Shown here: in pieces, positions 38,039 through 48,632 of the stretch
How positions within the stretch are numbered: the stretch's first letter is position 1
Layout: each line of letters starts with the position of its first letter
Source of the DNA: Podarcis muralis
Lineage: Eukaryota
Reading direction: 5' to 3'
Assembly: GCF_964188315.1 (NCBI RefSeq)
Contig: NC_135667.1
Coordinates: 10,416,001 to 10,480,000 of the forward strand
Length of the DNA: 64,000 nt
Program-made: the position numbers and the translations under genes
The notes under the pieces: model-generated
Told to the model about the DNA's origin: nothing
Databases searched by the model: none
What the model saw: only the letters and a program-made list of their open reading frames with translations

Positions 38039-38207
38039 TAATGTCAAGGTTGCAGGTTCGATCCTCATAAGGGACAGTTGCATATTGCTGTGTTGCAGAG
38101 TATTGGACAAGATGAGGGTTTCCCAAGCTTGCATCTCCAGCTGTTTTTGAACTTGCAGACCCATGTCTAGGAAACCCTGAACTAGTTGATCCTTTCCAAT
38201 TCTATGA
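38001..38207 (+). mobile_element. tRNA-Ile-derived SINE with CR1-like tail, overlapping the OR1 3' end; small palindromic insert at about 38116-38179
   Basis: gcgtggtgctgataatgtcaaggttgcaggttcgatcc matches the vertebrate tRNA-Ile core; B box at 38055-38064; ends ctttccaattctatgat. Confidence 0.7.
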
Positions 38208-38624
38208 TGGTTTTTAAGTAGGAGTTTTGCTGAAACCTGGAGGAAACAAATATTTCATGCCTTTTGGTTTGCTTTGTGTGTGTGTTTTTTTAAAATATTT
38301 ATTTATTTTTAAAGAACCATGCAGTCCAACTGTTGTGTAGATCTTGAGTGTTTATGAACATTTGATTTTCTGGTCATTGCAAGAGAAGACAGACACCATG
38401 GTGCACAACCTGAGCATCGAATACCCACCTCGCTCTATTGTAACCCTTTATGCCATTTACAATGTGTTGTGCACATGATAGGAAATAGCCATCCATGACC
38501 ACAAAGTCTCCTTTGGTTATACCACACATCTCTTCCTCTATCTGTGCACATGGATTCAAAATCCAATTTAGGTAGTAATTGTGCAGGTGGTACCTACCTA
38601 TGGTTGCTGGTTTTGTGTGTGCCC

Positions 38625-38870
38625 CATGTGGTCATCCAGTGAAATGCAGGGGGCAGTGAAGAACTTTCTGGACCGATACTGCCCACCCAGGCATCCCATT
38701 GGATCTTCTTTAACCAGTTCTTCTTCAGCTGTGATGTGTTTCTGTATTCTTGGTGGTTCTTTCATGTTGAAACCCTGGTTTCCCCTTCAGTCCTATCCAG
38801 CCCATGAGTTCTGGCCAATTACCTGTCTCGTAGCTCCTGGTTTCTCGCTGCTGTCTCACCCCAGACTTTT
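38625..38870 (+). repeat. Unclassified old dispersed repeat, copy 1
   Basis: Aligns with the reverse complements of 50321-50492 and 57300-57545 (gcagggggcagtgaagaactttctggac, ttcttcttcagct, ggccaat...gctcctggtttct). Confidence 0.7.
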
Positions 38871-39842
38871 GCACATAACCAAGCCTCTATGCCAAAACAA
38901 TTGTTTGCAAATGATTGTTCCCCAGTAGAGTTCCAAGCAACAATATCTTTTTAACTTTCAAATAAACAATAGTTTTAATAATACACACTGGACTCTGGTG
39001 AAACCACAGGGCATAAACATGTTCCCCAGATGTGCACATATCCCGAGAGAACAAGTAAGGAGGTTGCATGAAATTCAGAGAAGCTGCAACATTATAAAGA
39101 CACAGGGGGGAGATGAAATGGTCTGTCATGGTGGGAAATGTTCAGTTGATTATCTTCTACAGCTATCCTGTAGCCAACCTGTATTCCCCAGACTGGTTTT
39201 TCTTTCTTTCTGCATCTCAGAAGAAACATATATGAATAAAAGAAAATCTAATTTGTGTGCTCAGGACTTGCCTGGCCACAACACAACTGAAAGCAGTTAA
39301 GGTGTTCCTACGCCCTCTGTTTAATCTCCTTCAGAAGATCACACAGTTACTACTCTGAAGAGGGGAGTTCGTTTCAGAATCTCCTCTGCACACTCAACTA
39401 GCTGACGTTTGACTGAAGGTACGTCTGAGGCAAATAGCTAGGTAAAATATCCATGAGTCTCCTGAACAGAAACTAACTGCAATGATATAATAACAACTAA
39501 GCTTCAGCAAGCTTTGGCTAATGATGTCTTGATAAGTGATCGAATTATCCTATGATCCATCAGACATTCTAGCCATTCCTCAGGTAATTTTACCAGTGAT
39601 TTTATAGCACACCTATAATCTCATCAAAGAGGTCATTTGGCCAACGCCTATCAGGAAACTGGATTGAATAGCTCCCAAATGCATTTCTGGACGACGTTAA
39701 GGATTTAATAAGTAATAAAATAAAATAAGCTCAAAATAGTCTTTGGAGAATGAGATCATGGCAAAAACATCATGTGCATGAAATCCTGATATTAATGTAG
39801 TTTGGGATTATTTCTGAATATTGTGCACTGTTATTTCCCCCA

Positions 39843-40139
39843 GTTCGAATCCCCGCGGCGAGGTGCGCTCCCGTTGCTCAGTCCCAGCGCCTGCCAACCT
39901 AGCAGTTCGAAAGCACCCCCGGGTGCAAGTAGATAAATAGGGACCGCTTACTGGCGGGAAGGTAAACGGCGTTTCCGTGTGCAGCTCTGGCTCACCAGAT
40001 GCAGCTTGTCACGCTGGCCACGTGACCCGGAAGTGTCTCCGGACAGCGCTGGCCCCCGGCCTCTTAAGTGAGATGGGCGCACAACCCTAGAGTCTGTCAA
40101 GACTGGCCCGTACGGGCAGGGGTACCTTTACCTTTACCT
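39843..40139 (+). mobile_element. Sauria SINE, 5'-truncated at the B box
   Basis: ttcgaatccccgcggcg...gggcaggggtacctttacctttacc. Confidence 0.9.
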
Positions 40140-40348
40140 ATGATCCCACCTACCACAAAGTATCTTACGAACAGCAGCAGATCTTGCAGCCTCAAATTTC
40201 AGCAGCGCCCTTTGCAACCCCAAAATTCAGAGCCCCCCCCCCATTTCTCACACTCCATTCTAAAGCATAGTTGCAACACCCCCTACAGCACCCTTGAAGC
40301 TCCGTGTCCCGTGCAACCAAGCCAGTCACACTCCCCTAAATCTGCCTC

Positions 40349-40431
40349 TCTTACCAATGGAGTGTGCAAATGAAACAGCACCAACAGAGTTCGTCCTCTC
40401 AGGGTTCCAATACCCACCAGAAATGAAGGTC
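40349..40431 (+). pseudogene. 83-bp OR 5' fragment (MECANETAPTEFVLSGFQYPPEMKV)
   Basis: 82/83 identical to the reverse complement of 55260-55342 (start of OR4). Confidence 0.9.
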
Positions 40432-40570
40432 ATGTATTGGTTAGGGTGTTGGACTAACACTTGGGAAACCAGGTTCAAGTTCCCAGTCAGCTATGAAGCT
40501 CACTGGGTGACCTTGGCTCAGTCACCATCTCTCAGCCTAAGCAACCTCACAGGGTTGTTGAGAGGATAAA
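40432..40570 (+). mobile_element. Older CORE/MIR-like SINE
   Basis: ggttcaagttccc B-box-like, ctgggtgaccttggctcagtcacc...cctcacagggttgttgagaggataaa. Confidence 0.7.
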
Positions 40571-41255
40571 AGGGGGAGAAGAAGAGAATGTACTTCAGCT
40601 TGAACTCCTTGGTTGAAAGGTAGGATTGAAAAGCAAAAATAATTAAATGGTATATTAAAAAAAACTATGTGGCTGTACTTTGAAGAAGCCCACTTGCATT
40701 CCCTTCTGAATTTCTCAGGATGTCTGCCATGTTCTAGGGTGTTTTGTAGTTGAAATAACTTTTGCTTTTCTGCACAATTCCTTACCTGCCCCTAAGAAAG
40801 AAGTTTGGTCCTCCTGAAATATGTTTTAATTTAATATACATGTGTATAATTTTACTTACCTTGATTGTATAAGCATCCCCCTGGTGACTATCCACATTCT
40901 TGGGTTGAAAAACTATTTTATTTTATTTTATTTTAAAAGATTTTGCTTTTCTGTTACATTAATACTAACAAATAAAAAATAAATTGATATTTTTAGTAAA
41001 TATTTTGAGTCACACTTCTTCAGTAAAAAAATAAAGATTCGTTCATCATAAATCATAGTTCTCAGGATTAGACATATTTGCATTGATGCCAATGTTTTAT
41101 TCGTAGTGTATTGCTGAAGTGCACCATGTAATCTTTTCAGATACTAATTTTCTCTAATAAACTGTTTTGAAAAAGATATAAAGGGTTAAAATAAAGCATG
41201 GACTGGAAATGGGGTAGATAAAACACGAACATAAGAACATGTGGCTAACATCTCA

Positions 41256-41423
41256 AAATCCAACTTTGTCCGATTTACTCCAAAATTGGGCCAAAGTTTT
41301 ACAGCATTTTGCAGCTATTCAGTTTTGGGGGCTCTGCAAAACATGAAGTTTGCGCTGCAAATTCTGCAAAACAATTGCAAAACTTTGGCCCAGATTAGGA
41401 GTAAATTGAACAAGGTTGGATTT
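41256..41423. repeat. Imperfect inverted repeat (fold-back, MITE-like relic)
   Basis: Arms of about 58-63 bp: aaatccaactttgtccgatttactcc... versus ...ggagtaaattgaacaaggttggattt. Confidence 0.7.
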
Positions 41424-41732
41424 CAAGCACTGTTAATAAGGTACCCGAGTTTGATGTATCATTTACTCTGTTCTTTGGGAGGTTTGGAGGAAATTCCAAA
41501 TTTGGGGGTTCATAATTAACACAGCTTGTGCTCAGGCTTCTGGTGAAATATATTTGAGTAATGTACTGCCTGGATTGGCCACAGCTAGCATAAATATCAA
41601 AATCCTGGCCATGTGCATTTGCCTGATCAATGGGACAGTTCTTCTGCTTGCTGAACATCAGGTGCTAGGTCAAGTCATTAAACTCAGGAACTTAGGATTA
41701 GGGGACATAGTGGGAAGGGAGGTAAAGAGTGG

Positions 41733-41734
<2 letters not shown>

Positions 41735-41776
<42 letters not shown>
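41735..41776. repeat. (AC)21 microsatellite
   Basis: Direct reading. Confidence 0.95.
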
Positions 41777-41779
<3 letters not shown>

Positions 41780-41865
41780 CCCCATCACACCTTACATATA
41801 CCAACCACATAATGTATCCACCATCACCACTTATGCTGCCTAGTAAGTCACATAACTAAACACAA

Positions 41866-42038
41866 GGTTCCATTATGGAGTGATTCCCATGGTTCCCACA
41901 AATGAATCAACATTTTAATGAGGCCCTCTGGAGTTTCAGCTGTTATTAACTCAAGAGCACCCCAATGGCCAGGGCTTGGTAACCTAAGAGACACAAAATA
42001 AGAAGAGAGCAGAGAGGGAACAAAAAGAAGATTATAAA
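41866..42038 (+). promoter_or_regulatory. Candidate OR2 promoter (homeodomain site, O/E-like site, TATA)
   Basis: aacattttaatgaggccctctgga at 41909-41932; TATAAA at 42033-42038; paralogous to the OR1 and OR3 blocks. Confidence 0.6.
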
Positions 42039-42306
42039 GATGGGTGACCAGAACAAGAGGGGTAGATGCATAATACAAGAGCATATTAGGACTCTCTTGC
42101 CATTTATATCATGTGGCAATAAAAGACTGGCACATTAAAGGAGTTGTTAGACATAACTGAAATTTGCATCCACCCACTGATGGAAGATCTAGGTGAAAAC
42201 CAGCCTGAGCTGACACATCCCACCAAGAGATGCTGACTTTGGTTTTCCTTCCATTTGTGACCATTATCACCATCCGTTCTGTTCTGCTAAGATGAGTGCT
42301 GCCTAA

Positions 42307-43266
42307 ATGGATTGTGGAAATGTAACATCAGTGTTTGAACATTTTGAACTTGTGGGATTCATATATCCCAAAGAGCTAAAGTTCCCGTTGCTCACCTTCT
42401 TTTCCATTATGTATATATTATCTCTTTCTGGAAATGGCTTGATCCTTCTAGTGGTAGCCCTGGAACCTCATTTGCACAAGCCTATGTACTGGTTCCTCTG
42501 CCATCTGTCTGTGTTGGATATGATGATCTGCTCAGTGGTGGTGCCCAAGATGATTTTTTGGCTGATAGAGGGCAATGGGGTCATCTCCGTCACAGGTTGT
42601 GTGTCCCAGCTCTTCCTCTTTCACTTCCTGGGCTGCACAGAATGCTTCTTGTACACCGTGATGGCCTTTGATCGCTTCCTGGCCATCTGCAAACCACTCC
42701 ACTACGGCACCATCATGAACCATCAGATTTGCTTCAACTTCTCTATTGGCATCTGGTTTGGAGGCTGCCTGCACTCTGTGGTACATACCTACCTCACCTT
42801 CCATTTGCCATATGGACGGGGGAACCAGGTGAACTACACCTTCTGTGACATCCCAGCTGTGCTGAAGCTGGCCTGTGGAGACACATCCTTCCATGAGCTG
42901 GTGACTTTTGTTGACATTGGGATTGTGTCTTTGGTTTCCTTCCTCCTGATCCTCACATCCTACATGTATATCATTTGTGCCATCCTGAGGATTCCCACTG
43001 CCACAGGGAGACAACGTGCCTTCTCCACCTGCACAGCCCATATCACTTTGGTGGTGATATTCTATGTCCCTGTGGTTTACAACTACCTGCGTCCACCATC
43101 TCAGGAGTCCCTTGATGGGACCATTGCTGTGTTCTACACAGCGGTGACACCATTCTTAAACCCTCTCATATACACTCTGAGGAACAATGAGATGAAAGTT
43201 GGTGTGAAGAAATTGTGCAGTAGGAAACCACAGCACTCCCTTAACCATGTGAGATCATCTTCCTGA
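42307..43266 (+). CDS. Olfactory receptor, class II (OR10-family-like), OR2, 319 aa
   Basis: Intact 7TM with the same OR signature motifs as OR1. Confidence 0.96.
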   Translation: MDCGNVTSVFEHFELVGFIYPKELKFPLLTFFSIMYILSLSGNGLILLVVALEPHLHKPMYWFLCHLSVLDMMICSVVVPKMIFWLIEGNGVISVTGCVSQLFLFHFLGCTECFLYTVMAFDRFLAICKPLHYGTIMNHQICFNFSIGIWFGGCLHSVVHTYLTFHLPYGRGNQVNYTFCDIPAVLKLACGDTSFHELVTFVDIGIVSLVSFLLILTSYMYIICAILRIPTATGRQRAFSTCTAHITLVVIFYVPVVYNYLRPPSQESLDGTIAVFYTAVTPFLNPLIYTLRNNEMKVGVKKLCSRKPQHSLNHVRSSS

Positions 43267-44768
43267 AAACATTATATATTGAGAAATCCTTGCAGTCCAA
43301 CTGTTAAGTAGATATGGGTATTTTAGGAATAGCTAGAGACAACAAATAATCTGAACATGGAACATTTCCCTGATCTCTACTCTCTCCTTTTACCTGTTGT
43401 AAATAGAAATCTCAAACCTAAAAATATTCTTTGTCTAAACTATTCATCTGTTGGCTTTTTGTATTGTGAGAAGATGGAACTGGGGGAAATCTAATAGGAT
43501 CTAAGCAACTTCTGGTTCAGGATGAATCATCCCTAAGTGATTAGGATGAAAATATTTCTGACTGGTCCAAAGGTGGCTAGATAGAACTAAGCAATCAAAG
43601 TGCAATAGCACATAATAGCCCTGAGATCTATGGATGATGGGCAGTATATAAATTTAATTTTGTTGTTGTTGTTGTTGTTAACAACAACAACAACAGCTAT
43701 TGAAAGAGACCAATGAAATTTGAAGGGGAAACATACATGCCAGAGCCATTAAGAGAGAGAGAGAGAGAATCTGTTGGTCTTTATAAGTTAATGTTAAAAG
43801 CTTTTGAGCCAAAATGTGTCAGCTGGAGTGCCTGGTTGTCAATGAGAGCATAGATGCAGTGGAACTAATGGAAACCTGCTACAGTGGAGTAAACCACTGG
43901 GACCTGGTTATTTTCAAATACTAACTGTGAAGCAGGGGTAACCAATGGGGCATTCGCCATAAGTTGTTGGACTTCAATTCCCACTCCATTGTCTTTTGAG
44001 ACAACAACTCAAAACCACCACAACAGAAAATGTCGTGATAGGCACCATCATAGAGTGAATTTAAGGTTGTTCGTGGCTACTAGCCATGATGGTTTCATTG
44101 CCTCCAGTATCACAGGCAGAATGCCTTTGAAAGCAAGTCACTAGGGAATCACAGCTGGAGAGGCTGATGCTGTTTCTCAGCTGGTAACCGGAGGATTCAA
44201 TTGTACAAGATGCAGGGTGCTCCTTCCTAAGTATCTTCTGCCCTTGAAGTGAAAGGAATCACAGCATCTATTTCTTCCCCAGCATATTTCATGATTGAAT
44301 GCTTCATTTTAATGGCACTTGACTTCCTTTTAGTCTCCTCAAATGAATTGCCCTAGAGTGTTGCCATGTTGAAATCTTTGTGTCAATCATTCCAATATAC
44401 CACTCCTGGATCCAACCACAGTGACATCCATGTCCCACAGATTTCAGTGGAATATGTTTAACTCTCTCATGTTGAAACTAATTGGGTTGAAAAGTTTGAT
44501 TGATTGGGCCCAGTCTGGAGAGTCACTAACATATGCATGTAAATGTATATTTATATTTATATTTACTTATTTGGGGAATATCTAACTTGCTCTCTATTCA
44601 AGAGACTCATAAAGAGATGAGAGAAAATAGAAATCAAGTGCAATTTCAGAACATTGTACAAAGTACGGCCAAATATCAAACAATAGAATATCCAAACCTT
44701 GTATAAAATGCATATCAAACACAATACAAATAAAACCTTGAATCAATATATAATATTAAAATCAAATA

Positions 44769-45121
44769 CAGTGGTGCCCCGCAAGACGAATGCCTCGCAA
44801 GATGAAAAACCCGCTAGACGAAAGGGTTTTCCGTTTTTGAGTTGCTTCGCAATACGATTTTCCCTATGGGCTTGCTTCACAAGACGAAAACGTCTTGCGA
44901 GTCTTGCGATTTTTTTCGCTCCCCCCCCCTTTTTCTAAGCCGCTAAGCCGCTAATAGCCTTTTAGCCGCTAAGCCGCTAAGCCTTTAATAGCCGCTAAGC
45001 CGCTAAACCGCTAATAGCACTAATCCGCTAAGCCGCTAATAGGGTTGCTTCGCAAGACAAAAAAACCGCTAGACGAAGAGACTCACGGGACGGATTATTT
45101 TCATCTTGCGAGGCACCACTG
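44769..45121. mobile_element. Tc1/mariner-superfamily (Tigger/pogo-like) MITE
   Basis: TA|cagtggtgccccgcaag ... cttgcgaggcaccactg|TA; internal (gccgctaa)-type repeats. Confidence 0.88.
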
Positions 45122-45455
45122 TACAGCATAAAGGAATCTTAAATCAATATACAAAGTGTATAGAAAATAAATAAAAATGGGATACCAAACAGAACTCAAA
45201 GATGACGACAACCACCTCAAAACAGTATACAGAATAAAAATCAAATACAATACAAAATATCACTAACCAAATTTTTAAAAGTGGTAAATCAGTAAGAGAG
45301 AGAGGGAGATTTTCCTATACTATAGAGAAAAATGCAAGGCTATCATCACGTTTTAGTTTATGTGGCTGCCTATGCCAACCAAATGACAACAGGGTGGCAG
45401 CCACCCAGGTGAGCCATTTAATGGAGGAAAGTAGGGGCTAAGTACCCCTCCCCAC

Positions 45456-46333
45456 TGTGAAACATGGCTACAGCAAGGATTAATAGAGAGGAGAAGCATT
45501 TCACGAGTCACTCTGTGCAGTGCCTCTCCCAATTATATTAAACATGGCTGCAGAAACATCTAATGGAGGGAGCAGCTGCTTCAAAAAACCATTCTATGAA
45601 GCCCCTCCCTATTTCTTTTTCTTTCTTATTTTTGTAAGAGTGGGTGCTGTGGCAAGCTGTTAGGGGAGCTGTTTTGGGGTGAGCTGTGAGAAGAGGGGGA
45701 GGCATTTGGGGTGAGCTTGGAGAAGATAGGTGATGGGGCAGATGTGTTGTAGAGGGAGGAGGTTCGGTCAGCTCTAAAGGGACAAGGGGTTGGTGAGATG
45801 GTGGGAAGCAGGATGGCAAAACGGTTGGAGGGTAGGTGAGCAAAGCAAGCAAGGCCAGCGGCCCCTAGTGAGTGAGGACATTAAGTGCCAGTCAACAAAG
45901 AAGAGTGGGGTCCCTCCTCCAGCTGTGTGCTAGTGGGCAGAGACCAAAAAAGGGTTTAGGGTTTCAGTCTGCCTGATGTGGGTGGGAGAGGAAATCCCTT
46001 ACAGTCTTTTAGTGGAGACAAGGAAGAGGAAGGGGGCAAAGAGCATCCTGCAGGCTGACTGAGACAGGCTGAAACAAGGAGACCGAGAGCAGGGCTGGTT
46101 TGTCTGTTCTGAGACCAATGGGAGAAGCAAGAAACCCTCTTACAATGTGAATGCTCCACACTCTCTCCATCTAGACTCAGGTTGTTTATAAGTGTAAATA
46201 AACCAAATATCACAAAGACACTACAGTCTCCACTGTGCCTCATTGCCCAATCGGAAACACAGATTCTGGGTCAAGCACACCTGGAACCACTGGAACCTCG
46301 CACTGCTCATGGAGATTGGGGTGGTGTGTCACA
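45456..46333 (+). mobile_element. Probable solo LTR, 5' boundary uncertain
   Basis: Ends aaataaacc...ggtggtgtgtcaCA; purine-rich U3-like body; no matching TSD found. Confidence 0.4.
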
Positions 46334-46838
46334 ATATATATGCCCAGTATAATGACAATGCAATGCTATACTAGGGCCGACTGTGAGCCAATTCAAAGAG
46401 GACACAGGAATGGAAGGGAGAAGGGGAAGAGAGGAAAGGCCCAGCAATAGAGGGAAGAACAGCAGAGATGGTTGCCTAAGGATCCTTCAGATTTGAAGCC
46501 ATCCCTGTCTTTGACAGGTACTTATCATAAACTGGTACTTAGTTATAAGTTATTTAATTTTGATTAATTCAATCACTGCTGAGGGAAGGGGTTCATTTTA
46601 TGCCCTAATCATCTCTGCTTTGGTCAACAAGGTTGGAAAACAAATGGGAATGGAACAGTACTGTGGGCTGAACTATGTATTTTGCTGCTGAAGTTGACAA
46701 TGTTTACTGTGGATTAAATGATGTAGTTCTCCACTGCTCTTGGCAGCACTTGCCATGGCAGCTGGAGCTACAGTGGAGTGTTCAGATGGCTGCCTTGTTA
46801 CCTCCACTTTCCGCTGAGCAATAATGTGGAAAGTCAAA

Positions 46839-47343
46839 GTCAAGAAAAAGTTTAAAGACTATTTGCAAAAATATTGTAAATTGTATGAATGTTAAGAGGA
46901 TGCAGGATAGAAAACAATTTGGCATTAGTAAACTAAGCGGAAAGATATATGAAAATAAGCTAACTTTAAGAATAAGGTTGAAATTATGAATTAGCAGATG
47001 AAACTCAAATATCTAAATATTTGAAAACAAAGTTCAAAATTTGGAGATAAATTTTTTTGGAAAGTATATAATAAGATTTGAAAGAAGGTGAAGTACTACT
47101 GAATATAAATTTTATAAACGGGAACGCAGGAAAAGGAGATGTGAGGAAGTCCAAAAGGAAGGTTTATGGAAGATTGGTTCAATGAAAAGTAATAATGTTG
47201 TATTGTATCTGGTTTGTGTGTGGCTATTATTCTGTTTTTTCTTTTCTTTTCTCTTTTTTTCCTTATCTAAGTTGGTGATGGTGTTTTATATGTTTGGTAT
47301 GGTATTGTTAAAACCTTTAATAAAAATTTAAAAAAATAATAAT
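46839..47343 (+). mobile_element. L1 3' fragment
   Basis: 19-bp TSD aataatgtggaaagtcaaa (46820-46838, 47344-47362); ORF2-end-like EKFKDYLQKYCK; AATAAA plus A-rich tail. Confidence 0.8.
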
Positions 47344-47437
47344 AATAATGTGGAAAGTCAAATATGGATGGGTCAACAACCTTCCCTCCCAAGAAGTGTT
47401 CAAATGAATATAATTGTGATGTGCATAAATATTCAAA

Positions 47438-47630
47438 GGTTGCATCATGGAATGCTTCCTTGACGTTCCCCCAAAGGAAGTAACACTTTAATAAGGACTT
47501 CTGGGGTTTCAGCTCCTATCATCATTAACTCAAGATCATGCCATGCCACACAAGCTTATGTCCCACAACATCCAAAATGAGACGGCAGTGTGGGGATAAG
47601 GAAAAGAAAGCAATGCAGGTAGGGGATAAA
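47438..47630 (+). promoter_or_regulatory. Candidate OR3 promoter block
   Basis: ggttgcatcatgga...aacactttaataaggacttctggggtttcagc...attaactcaaga; gataaa at 47625-47630 in the TATA-equivalent position. Confidence 0.5.
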
Positions 47631-48632
47631 TATGAGTACCTGAGGACAGGTGTTCAGGAGGAAGCCAATTGCCTAGGCTCCTCTTCCCATTTATATCAGG
47701 TGGGTGCTTGCTTTGAACCCAGACAACTATATCAGAAGAATATGCCCAATATTTTTGATAACTCATTGCCAACAAAGCTATCTCTTACCCAAAAGCTGAT
47801 GAAGGGAATTTGAAGGAACCTTTATTTTAAGGAGGAGGGGGATGAGTAGGATGGGAAATCTTGTATGCCAACTGGGTACTAATGACTGATAAAATAATAC
47901 AGGCTGTATTTTGTTACAAGCTTTCTAGAGTCATGCACATGATGGTTATCACCAAAGATCTTCAGCTAACTGACCTTCTTTCCACTCCACTGAAACCCAC
48001 ATATCTGTTTTTCTATATGTTAGGTGAGATCTGGATAGACTGAGTTGTTTCATTTGTAGGAGTAAGAAGAGTAAAAGGCAGCACTTCTCTTGAAGATCCT
48101 CTGCTCTGTTCAATATATCAGCCATCAGCTGCTGCTCCAGAGGAAGGGGGATAAAATGATGTAATGAACAGTGATGGGTAAACTATCATCACAGGAGCAT
48201 TCCAGCTAACAACAGCCCATTCACAGCCTATGTTTCAAAATCAGGATGTTTCTGCTAATTTTGCTCTCAAGGACAAAATGAAAAAAAAATGTGTTGGGGG
48301 TCTGCTAAATAGCTGTCTCCTCCCTATATACCAGAGGTTTTATCCAATGTTAGTCATGTTCAAAGCAGATATATTGAAAATAATGTAAATGAATTTCAAG
48401 AGGTATAGTATGAGTAGAACTTGATTGGGTACATCCCTGTGTGTCTGAAATAATAATGTCTTACTGAGCATTTTGGTTCTTTCGGTTTCTGTTCAAGGAC
48501 TACTGGAGTGGAGGGAAAGGGTGTTATAGGGAGCTAGGATAGTGGCGTCTGAAGCAGAAGCAGGCAGAAGTTAGCTCTCTGGGTGATTGGCAGTAGATTG
48601 GCAAAGGTTTCAGAATAATAAGTATTGCCTGA

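Noticed and set aside
38001-38075. tRNA-Ile gene (also the tRNA-like heads at 7226, 28374 and 39843)
   Set aside because: Acceptor and D stems are degenerate and each continues into a SINE body.
40294-40569. 91-aa ORF as a fifth OR gene
   Set aside because: Only 25 codons are OR-derived; the rest is flanking DNA and SINE.
44930-45045. CRISPR-like repeat array
   Set aside because: Short 8-bp units without unique spacers inside a eukaryotic MITE.
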